Source of the DNA: an uncultured Bacilli bacterium
GTDB taxonomy: Bacteria > Bacillota_I > Bacilli_A > RF39 > UBA660
Reading direction: 5' to 3'
Length of the DNA stretch: 64,000 bases
Assembly: GCA_934129945.1 (NCBI GenBank)
Contig: CAKOXC010000002.1
Span: 53,747 to 117,746 of the forward strand
The notes below the pieces were generated by a model, which saw nothing but the letters and a program-made list of their open reading frames with translations, was not told the origin of the DNA and ran no database searches. The position numbers were made by a program, and so were the translations under genes. Numbering within the stretch: position 1 is the first letter of the stretch; each line of letters opens with the position of its first letter. Positions 47,459-58,450 of the stretch are shown here, in pieces.

Positions 47459-48335
47459 GTTTACTTCTGGGATGATTCTTTAAATATTCTTGTCTTAATA
47501 CATCGTTAGTTATATGAGTATATATTCCTGTTGTAGACAAAGACTCATGTCCTAAAAGCTGTTGGATACTTTTTATATCAGCACCTCCATTAAGCATGTG
47601 TGTTGCAAATGTATGTCTTAACACATGGGGTGATATTTTATGCTTAATTGCTGCTTCGTTTACCATTTTGTCAATAATATATTCAACTCCTCTAGTTGTA
47701 ATTTTAGAACCGTTATTATTTAAAATTAAATATTCTGATAATTTATTATTGAGTAAATATTTTCTCGAATCATTTATATATTTTTCAAGTACTTCTTGTA
47801 AGTAATCACCATAATAAACAATTCTTTCTTTTTTACCTTTTCCTAAAATATTTATTGTTTTTTTATCAAATTCAATATCATTAATTTTTAAATTAACTAG
47901 TTCTGAAACACGAATACCAGTGTCATATAAAAGTTCTAATATACACCTATTTCTAAGTCCTAAAGGGGTTTTAGTATCCGCAGAATCAAATAATTTATTT
48001 ATTTCTTCATAATTTAAAAAATCAGGTAATTTTTTATCTTTTTTGGGATTAGAGATATTTTTAAAAGGATTATTCAAAACAACTTTTTCTTCAGTTAAAA
48101 ATTTATAATAACTTCTTAAAGAGCTTAAATTTTTACTAATACTATTTTTTTTATATTTTAAACTATCTAAATATTTTAAATAATTTCTAATCATATCAAT
48201 ATTTATTTTTTTATAGTCCAAATGGTTATCATTAAGATAATCTAAAAATTTAGTTATTTCATAATCATAACCATTAATTGTTAAATCAGAATAATTATAT
48301 TCATATTTTAATTTTTCTAAAAATTTTTCTTTCAT
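47451..48335 (-). CDS. xerC: tyrosine recombinase XerC/XerD (CodV-like)
   Basis: R...HxxR...Y active-site pattern (HVLRHTFATHML, GHESLSTTGIYTHI). Position near topA as Bacillus codV. Confidence 0.75.
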   Translation of the reverse strand: MKEKFLEKLKYEYNYSDLTINGYDYEITKFLDYLNDNHLDYKKINIDMIRNYLKYLDSLKYKKNSISKNLSSLRSYYKFLTEEKVVLNNPFKNISNPKKDKKLPDFLNYEEINKLFDSADTKTPLGLRNRCILELLYDTGIRVSELVNLKINDIEFDKKTINILGKGKKERIVYYGDYLQEVLEKYINDSRKYLLNNKLSEYLILNNNGSKITTRGVEYIIDKMVNEAAIKHKISPHVLRHTFATHMLNGGADIKSIQQLLGHESLSTTGIYTHITNDVLRQEYLKNHPRSKLN

Positions 48336-48394
48336 ATTATCACTATATATAGTTTATCACATTTTTTAAAAAAAGAAAAAAGTTACCAAAGTAA

Positions 48395-48925
48395 CTATTT
48401 TAATTCTAATTTTTTCACACTATTTTTTAATAATATATCATTATAAATATAATCTTTTAATAATCTTTTTGATAGGTAACTTAAACGTTGTAAGGAATCA
48501 AATATTTGAATAAGTGATCCATTTTTTAGAATATAGGTAAAACTTTTTAAATCTTCTTTAATATAATTCTTTTTTTCAAAATAATTATTAATTTGATTTA
48601 AAATATTTTTATTATTTGCATATTCATAAATAAATTCAACTACATTTAAATTTATATAATCAACATCATCAGCAGTGTATACTTTTAATTCACGATTCTT
48701 TTTATTATCGAAATAATAAATAACAAAATCAATATTTGAAATATCTTCAGGAAAGTATATATTACTTCTTTTTAATGATTCAATTAAATCTAATTTTGTA
48801 TGTTTTAAAGTAAAATCATCAATAGATTCAAGCGAATTTAAATTATCTTCTTCAGCCATAATATCTAAAAATTCTTTACATAATGGATAATAAGAATTAT
48901 TGTTTAGTTTTATTGCAAAATTCAT
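48395..48925 (-). CDS. hypothetical protein (176 aa)
   Basis: No recognisable domain. Lies where trmFO sits in Bacillus. Confidence 0.35.
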   Translation of the reverse strand: MNFAIKLNNNSYYPLCKEFLDIMAEEDNLNSLESIDDFTLKHTKLDLIESLKRSNIYFPEDISNIDFVIYYFDNKKNRELKVYTADDVDYINLNVVEFIYEYANNKNILNQINNYFEKKNYIKEDLKSFTYILKNGSLIQIFDSLQRLSYLSKRLLKDYIYNDILLKNSVKKLELK

Positions 48926-49292
48926 ATAACACTCCCCTTCCCGAGAAAAATATTATATCATTTTCAAAAATTTAAATCAAGAACATACCTCAAAAACATT
49001 TTTTATTAAAAGTATCTACCAAAAGGTCTTTGATTCGCTTCAAAATATTTTATAGCATTTTTAACATCGTTATCACACTTAGTTTTGTTAAAATAATAAT
49101 TTTCTAATGAAAATAGTAGATATTTATTTTCTCTTGATATCGGATTTGGAATTTTCAGGTATATTTTCAATAAAGTATAAGTCAAATACTTCTACTAAAA
49201 TATAATCAGATTTTATTAACATCATAAAAATCACCATGGCCTTTAATATTTAAAATTGCTATTAATATACCATGAATATTAAATAATATCAA

Positions 49293-49328
49293 TCAAAAAA
49301 AATCTCACATTTTTTAATTTGTGAGATT
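49293..49328 (-). terminator. intrinsic terminator of topA
   Basis: AATCTCACA-10nt-TGTGAGATT then T8 on the minus strand, overlapping the topA stop. Confidence 0.6.
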
Positions 49329-51357
49329 AATTTTCTTTTTTGTAATCACATGAATTACAAACTATTTCTTTTTTCTTTTCAACAAGTAAATCCTTGCAGT
49401 TTGGACATATTTCTCCAGTTGGTTTATACCAAGATGCATAATCACATTTTGGATAATTGCTGCATCCATAAAAAGCTTTACCTCTTCTTGTTTTTCTTTC
49501 GATAATATTTCCTTCACATTTAGGGCATTTTGCTAAATTTTCTACTATCTTTTCTTCTTTTTTAATATATTTACATTCAGGATAATTAGAACAAGCTACA
49601 AATTTACCATATCTTCCATTTCTAATTACTAAATCACTACCACAATTTGGACATACTTCACCAGTTTTTTCTGCTTCTGCTTTTTCCATATTTGTAAATG
49701 CATCTTCAACAAGTGGTTCAAATTCATTATAAAAATCTTTTAGAACTTTTACATTATTTTCTTTAGATTCAGCTATTAAATCCAAATCATCTTCCATTTT
49801 AGCTGTATATTCAACATTAATTATTGATGAAAAATATTCTTGAAGTTTTTCAGTAGTTTTTATTCCAATCTCAGTTGGATGGAATTTTTTCTCTATCAAA
49901 GTAACATAGCTGCGATCTTTTAAAGTTTTTAATGTATTTGCATAAGTACTTGGTCTACCAATACCTAATTCTTCCATTTCTTTAATTAAAGAACTTTCAG
50001 TATAACGTGGTAATGGTTTTGTAAAATGTTGTATTTTATCAATTTTACTAGCTACTAATACTTTACTTTCATAATTAGCAAAGTCTGGTAATACTACATC
50101 TTTTGCATCTTCATAAGAACTAAATACTTTTAAATACCCATCAAAAGTTACTACACTACCTGTAGCTTTAAAATTATATCCATTATTTTCAAGAATTAAT
50201 GTTGTTGCATTAGTTTTAGCATTAGCCATCAATGATGCTAGTGCACGATAATAAATTAAACTATATAATTTGTATTCATCATTAGATAAAAAACTTTTAA
50301 TACTTTCTGGAGTTCTTTTGATACTGGTTGGCCTTATACCTTCATGAGCATCTTGGTCAGTTTCTTTTTTCTTAGTTTTTTTTACAACTCCAACATATTC
50401 TTGACCATAATTATTTTTGATAAATTCAAATGTTTCATTTATAAATACTGGTGAAACTCTTTCTGAATCTGTACGCATATATGTTATTAATCCGACAGTT
50501 TCTGATTTTAAATCAATTCCTTCATACAATTTTTGAGCTATACTCATTGTTTTTGATGATGAAAAACCTAATTTATTTACTGCAGCTTGTTGTAATGTAG
50601 AAGTTTTAAACACTGGCTTAGACGCCTTAGTTTTTTCTTGTGTTTTACATGAGTCAATATTAAATGATTTAGATAATTTATCTAATATATTATCTGCCTC
50701 AACTAAAGATTTTATTTCAATTTTTTTACCATTATATTTATCTAATTCTGCTTTAAAATCATTAAAGTCTGCTTCAATAGTATAATATTCTTCTTCAACA
50801 AACTTTTCTATTTCACGTTCACGATCAACAATAAGTTTTAAAACTGCACTTTGTACACGTCCAGCACTTTTACCCCCAGTTTTAGATTGCATTAATTTAG
50901 ACAATCTAAATCCTATTATTCTGTCTAAAATTCTTCTTGTTTCTTGGCTTTTTACTAAATCCATATCTATTTTACGAGCATTGTTAAAAGATTCTAGTAC
51001 AACATTTTTAGTAATTTCATTAAATACTATTCTCTCATAATCTTTATCATTTATATCTAAAGCTTCTTTTAAATGCCAAGATATTGCTTCTCCCTCACGG
51101 TCTGGGTCAGTCGCAAGATAAATCTTATCACTATTTTTTACATCTTTAATTAATGCTGTAATTAATTTTTTCTTTCCTTTTATAGGAATATAATTTGGTT
51201 TGAAATCATTTTCTACATCGACCCCTAAACCAAATTTACCACTAGTTGCTAGGTCTCTTATATGTCCAACACTTGCAACTACTTTATAATCTTTACCTAA
51301 ATATTTTTCAATAGTACTGCTTTTATGAGGAGATTCCACTATAACTAAGTTTTTCAT
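49327..51357 (-). CDS. topA: DNA topoisomerase I
   Basis: 676 aa. TOPRIM N-terminus (MKNLVIVESPHKSSTIEKYLG), C-terminal Zn-ribbon repeats CPNCGS/CPKCEG. Confidence 0.9.
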   Translation of the reverse strand: MKNLVIVESPHKSSTIEKYLGKDYKVVASVGHIRDLATSGKFGLGVDVENDFKPNYIPIKGKKKLITALIKDVKNSDKIYLATDPDREGEAISWHLKEALDINDKDYERIVFNEITKNVVLESFNNARKIDMDLVKSQETRRILDRIIGFRLSKLMQSKTGGKSAGRVQSAVLKLIVDREREIEKFVEEEYYTIEADFNDFKAELDKYNGKKIEIKSLVEADNILDKLSKSFNIDSCKTQEKTKASKPVFKTSTLQQAAVNKLGFSSSKTMSIAQKLYEGIDLKSETVGLITYMRTDSERVSPVFINETFEFIKNNYGQEYVGVVKKTKKKETDQDAHEGIRPTSIKRTPESIKSFLSNDEYKLYSLIYYRALASLMANAKTNATTLILENNGYNFKATGSVVTFDGYLKVFSSYEDAKDVVLPDFANYESKVLVASKIDKIQHFTKPLPRYTESSLIKEMEELGIGRPSTYANTLKTLKDRSYVTLIEKKFHPTEIGIKTTEKLQEYFSSIINVEYTAKMEDDLDLIAESKENNVKVLKDFYNEFEPLVEDAFTNMEKAEAEKTGEVCPNCGSDLVIRNGRYGKFVACSNYPECKYIKKEEKIVENLAKCPKCEGNIIERKTRRGKAFYGCSNYPKCDYASWYKPTGEICPNCKDLLVEKKKEIVCNSCDYKKEN

Positions 51358-51368
51358 ACATTTCCTTT

Positions 51369-53384
51369 CTAATCTTCAGTATTTACTTCGTATTTATTTT
51401 TTTCATTAAATAAGTGTTCAAAATAATTTGTTTTTATTGCTAAATTACTATATTTAATCATATTATCAACATCAGTATTAATGTTAACTATTTCATCATT
51501 AGTATATCTATCATCATTAAAGTATGACATTCTACCAGTAGATGCATAATAGAACCCAACTGGAGTTTGCCATGATCCATCAGCAAACACTACTCTATTT
51601 TGATAACTTGATGACAATAAGTCAGTTCCCATATAAAGTCTAGGGTCATAATCTAAGTTAAATAAGTTAGCTACTGTAGGAAGTACATTTACATATGAAG
51701 TATATTCACTATATGTCTTTGGAGTCATTTTTGAGTTATAAATTACAAATGGTGTTCTATCTACTTCATTATATTTATTAATACCATCACCAAGAACTTT
51801 TGAAATATCAGAATTAGTTAAACCATAAGGATAATGATCGGCATATAAAACTATAACAGTATCATCAAGAATACCTTTTTCTTCTAATATTTTTAAAATT
51901 TCTCCTAATGAGTCATCTAATACTTTTAATTTTGACATATATCTTTTTACATTAGATGGATATCCAGTATTATCAAATGAATCATAATATATTTTAGAAA
52001 GTTCACTATCAGTATAATATGGTTGATGAGGACTAACAGTTGTAATCCAAGCCATAAATGGTGAATTTTGAGTAAATATCTCACTAGATTTATCCATTAA
52101 TAATACATCACTTGGCCACTCTTTATATTCATTATTATATGAAATTCCTAAATCACTTACACCATAATATTTACTACTTCCCATATTTTTATGAATAGTA
52201 GAACGATAATAATATTTTTCTGTATAATTATGGTATGAAGTTGTTGTATAGCCTTTATTGTTAAATAATCCAAAAATACTTTCTTCATATTTATTATTCA
52301 TATATACATTGGCAGTACATGTTCTATAAATACTATATAAACTTATCATACCTGTCATTTCATTATTACCTGTAGAACATGAATTTCTTGGTGAATAAGC
52401 ATTTTCCCAATACCAACCGTTTTTATATAATTTAGCAAAATTTGGATAGATATTTTCATCTAATAATATATTATTAACTGATTCCATCATAATTACAATT
52501 AAATTTTTACCTTCAAACATTCCAGTATATTCATTTTTATCAGTAACATTACGTGACATAAAATAATTATTTAAAGTTTTATAATCTATATTAGCTTCAT
52601 TATTATTTAAATTTTGCCATGCAGTATCATCAACCGTTCTTGTATAATCTGTAATTTCAGTATTACCATTATTTTTACTTACAAATTTAACTTCATTACT
52701 TGTTTCATTAACTGGAAATAGTGCTGTTTTAATATCAAGGATTCCAAACATTTCTACTCCAAATTGGTTTACAGCAATATTTGGATTACTTGGATTTTTA
52801 AATAAAGTTTTTGTCTTAACAAGCTGAATCTCATTTTGCATAAATCTCAAACTTAATGAGGCATAATAAAAACCACTAAAAAGTACTAAAAATACTAATG
52901 CAATAATTCTTGCAATATTATCTTCTTTTTTTGTATAAATATTAAGCTTTTTATCTTTTAAAATAAATTTTTCTAATATTTTATATATTATCAATAATAC
53001 TAAAGGTATTGTAATTATATAAAAAATACCATTAAAACTTGCTATATAGTCACGAACATATTCCTTAACAGCTCCAAGTTGACTAGAAGTATTAATTGAA
53101 ATATATACTCCTAAATAATTTTCAAATCCGGCTTGAGCTATTGCATAAATTGTTGCAATTATTACTATTAAAAATGTTAAAATATTAGCTATCCATTTTT
53201 TACAAAATGATAATAATATACTTAAAAATAAAGAAATAATAGATATTCCCATAAATATTCTTAAACTAGACCAATCTAATACAGATGTATTTTCTACTGC
53301 TTTAAAAATCATTTCTATTCCAAACAAACTAATTGTTAGAATTAGATAATTTTTTAAGATATTATTTGTTAATATTTTTTTCAT
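51369..53384 (-). CDS. LtaS-family lipoteichoic acid synthase / sulfatase-like membrane protein
   Basis: 671 aa. 5 N-terminal TMs plus extracellular alkaline-phosphatase-like domain (YADHYPYG). Confidence 0.6.
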   Translation of the reverse strand: MKKILTNNILKNYLILTISLFGIEMIFKAVENTSVLDWSSLRIFMGISIISLFLSILLSFCKKWIANILTFLIVIIATIYAIAQAGFENYLGVYISINTSSQLGAVKEYVRDYIASFNGIFYIITIPLVLLIIYKILEKFILKDKKLNIYTKKEDNIARIIALVFLVLFSGFYYASLSLRFMQNEIQLVKTKTLFKNPSNPNIAVNQFGVEMFGILDIKTALFPVNETSNEVKFVSKNNGNTEITDYTRTVDDTAWQNLNNNEANIDYKTLNNYFMSRNVTDKNEYTGMFEGKNLIVIMMESVNNILLDENIYPNFAKLYKNGWYWENAYSPRNSCSTGNNEMTGMISLYSIYRTCTANVYMNNKYEESIFGLFNNKGYTTTSYHNYTEKYYYRSTIHKNMGSSKYYGVSDLGISYNNEYKEWPSDVLLMDKSSEIFTQNSPFMAWITTVSPHQPYYTDSELSKIYYDSFDNTGYPSNVKRYMSKLKVLDDSLGEILKILEEKGILDDTVIVLYADHYPYGLTNSDISKVLGDGINKYNEVDRTPFVIYNSKMTPKTYSEYTSYVNVLPTVANLFNLDYDPRLYMGTDLLSSSYQNRVVFADGSWQTPVGFYYASTGRMSYFNDDRYTNDEIVNINTDVDNMIKYSNLAIKTNYFEHLFNEKNKYEVNTED

Positions 53385-54030
53385 TATTCACTTCGCCACC
53401 TCTTATTATTAAATCACTTACTGGCTTATATGTAAACCTATAATTTTCTAAAGGGCCAAATTTTTGTAAATTCTGTAAATGTTCTTTAGTTGGATAACCT
53501 TTATGTTTTTTAAAACCATACATAGGATATTTTTCATCAAGTTCATACATCATTCTATCCCTCGTTACTTTTGCTATAACACTTGCAGCTGCTATTGATA
53601 AAGATAATGCATCTCCATGAATTATACTAGTTGAAGGCATTTCTAAATTAAGAGGCATTGCATCAATTAAAACATGTTCTGGTTTTATATCTAGTTTAGA
53701 AATTGCTTCATACATGGCAAGTTTACTAGCTTCATAAATGTTTACCTCATCAATAATTTCAGCATCAATTACCCCTACTCCAATAGATATAGCATCTTTT
53801 TTTAATATATCGTAAAATAAATCTCTTTTCTTTTCTGATAGTTTTTTAGAATCAGTAAGTCCTTCTAATTTATAATTTTTAGGAAGTATTACTGCTGCAG
53901 CTACAACTGGTCCAACTAAAGGCCCACGTCCTACTTCATCAACACCTGCTATTAATTCTATGCCATTTTCATATAATTCTTTCTCATATTTCAATAAATC
54001 AATTTCTTCTTTTTCTAACTTCTTTTTCAT
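53362..54030 (-). CDS. rnhB: ribonuclease HII
   Basis: GVDEVGRGPLVGPVVAAAVIL motif. Confidence 0.85.
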   Translation of the reverse strand: MKKKLEKEEIDLLKYEKELYENGIELIAGVDEVGRGPLVGPVVAAAVILPKNYKLEGLTDSKKLSEKKRDLFYDILKKDAISIGVGVIDAEIIDEVNIYEASKLAMYEAISKLDIKPEHVLIDAMPLNLEMPSTSIIHGDALSLSIAAASVIAKVTRDRMMYELDEKYPMYGFKKHKGYPTKEHLQNLQKFGPLENYRFTYKPVSDLIIRGGEVNNEKNINK

Positions 54031-54033
54031 ATT

Positions 54034-54897
54034 TTACTTTCTATCAAATGTTATTCCTTTAATATATTCATTTTTCATATCATTAACTATTCTAGTAGAA
54101 ACTTTATCATAGTCAACTTCATTGTTTTTTATAGCACCAATTTTTTTACCAATAGTTTCATAAGTTTTTTCTATATCACGAACATTATTTATTCCATAAC
54201 GTTCTTCTAAAATTTTAGGATAATAGTCATGTAACATATTTAAAATATGAATTGCAACATCATCCATTGGTAATATTTCTTCTTTTATAGCAGTAGTAGC
54301 TGCTAAATTTAAAGCAACTTTTTCATTATCCATTTTAGGCCATAAAATACCTGGTGTATCTAATAATAAAATATCACTGGACGTTTTAAGCCAAACTAAA
54401 TTTTTAGTTACACCAGGCTTGTTACCTGTAACTGCAACTTTCCTTCCAGCCATTTTATTAATTAATGTTGATTTACCAACATTTGGTATTCCAATTACTA
54501 AAGCTCTTATTTCTTTTTCTTTAAGACCTTTATTTATTCTTTTTTCTTGAAGTTCTTGCATCATTTCATGAGTAACATCTATTATTTTTTTATAGTCATC
54601 ATTATTATTTAAATCAGCTAAAATTACTTTAGCTCCCATATTTTCATAATATGATACCCAATAACTAGTAGCTCTTAAATCGCATAGATCTTTTTTTGTC
54701 ATTATAATAATTCTTGGTTTACCTTGAATCAAATTATAAATATCTTTAATCTTAGAAGAATATGGAATTCTAGCATCAACAAGTTCATATACTATGTCAA
54801 TTAAATTATATTTTTCTTGAATTAATCTTCTAGTTTTAGCCATGTGACCTGGAAACCAATTTATATTTGTTTTATTTTCATTATTCATTATTTTCAC
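54034..54897 (-). CDS. rbgA: ribosome biogenesis GTPase A (YlqF/RbgA)
   Basis: INWFPGHMAK, circularly permuted GTPase motifs; upstream of rnhB as in Bacillus. Confidence 0.85.
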   Translation of the reverse strand: MKIMNNENKTNINWFPGHMAKTRRLIQEKYNLIDIVYELVDARIPYSSKIKDIYNLIQGKPRIIIMTKKDLCDLRATSYWVSYYENMGAKVILADLNNNDDYKKIIDVTHEMMQELQEKRINKGLKEKEIRALVIGIPNVGKSTLINKMAGRKVAVTGNKPGVTKNLVWLKTSSDILLLDTPGILWPKMDNEKVALNLAATTAIKEEILPMDDVAIHILNMLHDYYPKILEERYGINNVRDIEKTYETIGKKIGAIKNNEVDYDKVSTRIVNDMKNEYIKGITFDRK

Positions 54898-54993
54898 TTC
54901 CTTTTATTAATTAATAATTCTAATTGCTTCTTTTCTATCAGAATCTTTTTCTTTACTGCTTAAATCTATATAATTAGTATTAATCTGTCTAGA

Positions 54994-55134
54994 TCACCTA
55001 TCTACAAATGCTTTTGGTATTGTTAAACTTCCGTCTTGATTAATCATACATTTGCTAAAAAGATGCTTTTGCCATCTTGACCATCTATCATATTCATAAG
55101 CAGCAAGCTTTTCAATTATATCATTATTTTTCAT
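54994..55134 (-). CDS. small ORF (46 aa) with SD AGGTG, ending at TGA but open in-frame for 28 further codons to TAATAA
   Basis: Manual translation MKNNDIIEKLAAYEYDRWSRWQKHLFSKCMINQDGSLTIPKAFVDR*SRQINTNYIDLSSKEKDSDRKEAIRIIN. Confidence 0.25.
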   Translation of the reverse strand: MKNNDIIEKLAAYEYDRWSRWQKHLFSKCMINQDGSLTIPKAFVDR

Positions 55135-55298
55135 AAAACACCTATTTAATTAATATTTCTTTCATCATTTTTTCTCTTTATTTTCATTTAAATAATTCTT
55201 TGTAATAATTACATCATATTTATATATTAAACCATCAGGAGAATTTTTCTAATTGGTTAGTCCTATATGCTCTTTTACTAATTTTGCTCTATTATATA

Positions 55299-55778
55299 CT
55301 AATTCAGCAGCAGGATATCCACTCTTTCACTTATTCTTATTGCTTTGATACGTTCTAATAATTTGTCAAAATATTTTGTATCATATTTATTTCCATATAT
55401 AAAACGTTCATCATTTAATGCAAATCCCTTAGTCATATATTCTTTTAGTATTTTTGTAGCCCATATTCTAAATTCTGTTGCTTTTTTCGAATTTACTCTA
55501 TATCCTACTGCAATTATGGCATCTAAACTATAAATAATTGTGTTATAGTTTTTTCCATCATCAGCAGTTAACGAGCATTTCTCGGTAACTGATTTTTTAT
55601 CTAACTCATTATCTTCAAATATATGTTTTAAGTGTAAGCTTATATTATCGGTAGAACATTCAAAAACTTTTGACATTCCTTTTTGTGATAACCATAAAGT
55701 TTCATCTTTATAAATAGCATCTACTATAATATTACCTTCATTATTTTTATATATAATTAATTTATTGTCTTCCATCAA
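55299..55778 (-). pseudogene. RhuM-family (virulence-associated) protein, N-terminal half only
   Basis: 159 aa matching the RhuM N-terminal ~150 aa (ETLWLSQKGMSKVF...LDAIIAVGYRVNSKKATEFRIWATKILKEY). Full-length family about 330 aa; no C-terminal remnant downstream. Confidence 0.55.
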
Positions 55779-56023
55779 TAATCTCCTTTCTATTAATTTT
55801 TTTAAATCAATCTTAATATTTTTATATTTATCAATATAAATACATTTTGCTTTATTTTCTAGTTATAGTTTACTTCTTAAATTCATAAATCCTTTTAATT
55901 ATATCATAAAAAAGATAGATTTTAAATCTACCTAAATACTAATTATTAAAATCTAAATATTTTATATTCATTAATTATCGCTACCACATTATTCTTATAC
56001 TATTCATATGCTATATAGTTTTT

Positions 56024-57088
56024 TTAAAATCTTAAAAATCTTCTTAATCTGGATTTAACATTTTGCTTTTCTTTTGTTTCTATTTCTTTAAAATTTATAT
56101 CATTAGATGTTGTTTCAATAACATTTAATCTTTCGCTCACATTTTCTAATAGAGCATCCAAATCTTTGTGCATTTTAATATCCCAACATATATCTCTAAA
56201 ATCTTTAGAACCTGGTCTAAGATTTAATGTTATACAATGAGATACTTTATCTAATCCTATGGCATAAATGCAAAGTAAAATTTCATAAAATTTATCATTT
56301 TTATGTTCTATCATCTCATCAATTAATTGAGTATATAAATTACTTTCAATAAAATTTTCATCAGTCATAACTGGATAAAGTAAAAAATCTATTTCAGGAT
56401 TTTCTACCAATTTTTTCATATTAACTAAATGACGGTTATCATTAAGAGAAATACTATTTTGAGCAAGATAACCGATTGAATGTTTCGGATAAGAAGTTAA
56501 ACTTTGTAATCTACTAGAGTCGACACTTGCTATTAGTTGCATATCTTGTCTATGATAAGGACTATTAATTGAATCTTCATTCTTTGCAATAGTTGCTAGA
56601 TTATCCCATACAGTCCTAGACAAATCATTATCGCGTAATTCTTTTTTCACATCATGAGATTCTACTAATAATTTTAAATCTTCTTCATGAAAAGGACTAT
56701 CAATAAAAATTGAGTCACCTAAAATCCATAAGCAATAACGTGCTGTTTTCATTTTAGATGCCATTTCTATATCTTTATAAAAATTTTTACTTTTAAAAAA
56801 TTCCTTATTAAATAAATTATCTAAAAGATGATCACAACCACCATTTTCAGTATTTTTTAAAGTAGTTATAGCTTTTATTTTAGAAGGAAAATCTTCAATA
56901 CTTAAAAGTTCTCTATCTAACAAAAATTGTAAAGAAAATCTTATTTCCTTATTATCTATATCTAAATTAATAATACTATTTTTTTCTACTTCATTTAAAG
57001 AATCAATCCATTTTTTCATATCATCAAAATTTTCAAAAAAACTATCTAATTCATATCTTTTTAATTGTTTTATAACTTTATCTTTCAT
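56024..57088 (-). CDS. hypothetical protein (354 aa), accessory region
   Basis: No recognisable domain. Confidence 0.4.
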   Translation of the reverse strand: MKDKVIKQLKRYELDSFFENFDDMKKWIDSLNEVEKNSIINLDIDNKEIRFSLQFLLDRELLSIEDFPSKIKAITTLKNTENGGCDHLLDNLFNKEFFKSKNFYKDIEMASKMKTARYCLWILGDSIFIDSPFHEEDLKLLVESHDVKKELRDNDLSRTVWDNLATIAKNEDSINSPYHRQDMQLIASVDSSRLQSLTSYPKHSIGYLAQNSISLNDNRHLVNMKKLVENPEIDFLLYPVMTDENFIESNLYTQLIDEMIEHKNDKFYEILLCIYAIGLDKVSHCITLNLRPGSKDFRDICWDIKMHKDLDALLENVSERLNVIETTSNDINFKEIETKEKQNVKSRLRRFLRF

Positions 57089-57374
57089 CTATAAACCTCC
57101 TTAAATCATATTTTAATCTATTATTTTAATAATTGCAAATTTTTTTTGAATTTCATATTCACTTACTAAACGATAACTTGAAATAGATTTTTATAAATAT
57201 CCAAAGAAATAAAATTTTGTAATAATTTTAAAATTTTAGTTACTTCTTCAAATACATGTGATTTTAATTTAAAAATTAACATAAATTTAGAATTTCCCCA
57301 AAGTATAGTAATTTTAATTCTAATTGATTTTAAAATTGTAATATGTTAGTATATACTGACAGGAGGTTATTTTA

Positions 57375-57686
57375 ATGAAATATGATGGATACTATTTAGT
57401 GGAAGTATTAATACCTGAAACGTATTCTTTGTCAATGAAATCTGGATGTATTAATTATTGTCTATGTACTAAAGACGGTGATAAATTTCACGATATTATC
57501 ACTAATAATTCTTATTGTAAAGACTCTGGATTTGGAAACCCAGAAGTAATGGATTATATACCATTTTCTGAATTTTATAATAGATTAGGGTTAAAAAGGA
57601 TAATTGTTAAAAAACGTGCTGAAAGCAACGAAGCATATAAACTAGTAAAAGAGCATAAAAAAGTATTAAAGAAAGCAAATAAATGA
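57375..57686 (+). CDS. hypothetical Cys-rich protein (103 aa)
   Basis: SD GGAGG. Followed by intrinsic terminator. Confidence 0.4.
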   Translation: MKYDGYYLVEVLIPETYSLSMKSGCINYCLCTKDGDKFHDIITNNSYCKDSGFGNPEVMDYIPFSEFYNRLGLKRIIVKKRAESNEAYKLVKEHKKVLKKANK

Positions 57687-57709
57687 AATTATTATTAAAT
57701 AAAAGTATA

Positions 57710-57737
57710 AGAGCCTCTTACATCAGAGGCTTTTTAT
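57710..57737 (+). terminator. intrinsic terminator AGAGCCTCT-tacatc-AGAGGCT + T5
   Basis: Read directly. Confidence 0.55.
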
Positions 57738-57909
57738 GTTAAAAAGAATATATTTTATAATTTATCATCTTTATTTGCATTTATAAAACATTATCATTTA
57801 TTAAAATTTTTAATTATATTATATATTAAAAATAAGATAAATTAAAATCTATCTAGCTACTAAAAATTAAAATTTAATTTTTTTAGTTTTTTAAATTTAA
57901 AAACAAAAT

Positions 57910-58442
57910 TTATTTTGAAACATTAAATATCTTAGTTATTTCATTAATTAATTTTGGATCATTTGTCATATTAATGTATCTTCTATTCATAACTTTATCG
58001 TTAATCTCATACTTATCATCAGTACATAATATTTCATAGCATACACCATTATCTTCATAATATTTATTCGTTTCATGAAAACCATTTTTTAAATAGAAAT
58101 TTTTACGTCTAACACTTATATTATCAACAGGTGAATCAATTGATAAAAATAATACTTTATATTTTTCTTTCAAATCCATTAATATTCTAGAACAATAATT
58201 TTGACTTCTTAAATCAGGCACAACTGCTAAATACATAAGGTAATATGCATTACTACAATTAACAAGATAACACATTCCTATTAATTTATCATTATCAATT
58301 ATACCGTATAAAACTGAATTATTTTCTTTAGAACACTCTTCTAATATCCAAAAAGGAAATCTTTCTTCTTTAGGAAACGAATTTAAATATAATTTTTTTA
58401 TTTCATTTGCATATTCAATGTTATTTATATATTTAAAGACAT
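57910..58442 (-). pseudogene. GNAT acetyltransferase with frameshift immediately after the start codon
   Basis: ATG 58442 with perfect SD GGAGGAATA gives MSLNI*. The long frame (NVFKYINNIEYANEIKKLYLNSFPKEERFP...MCYLVN...) is offset by one nt and has no start until 58275. Confidence 0.45.
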
Positions 58443-58450
58443 TATTCCTC

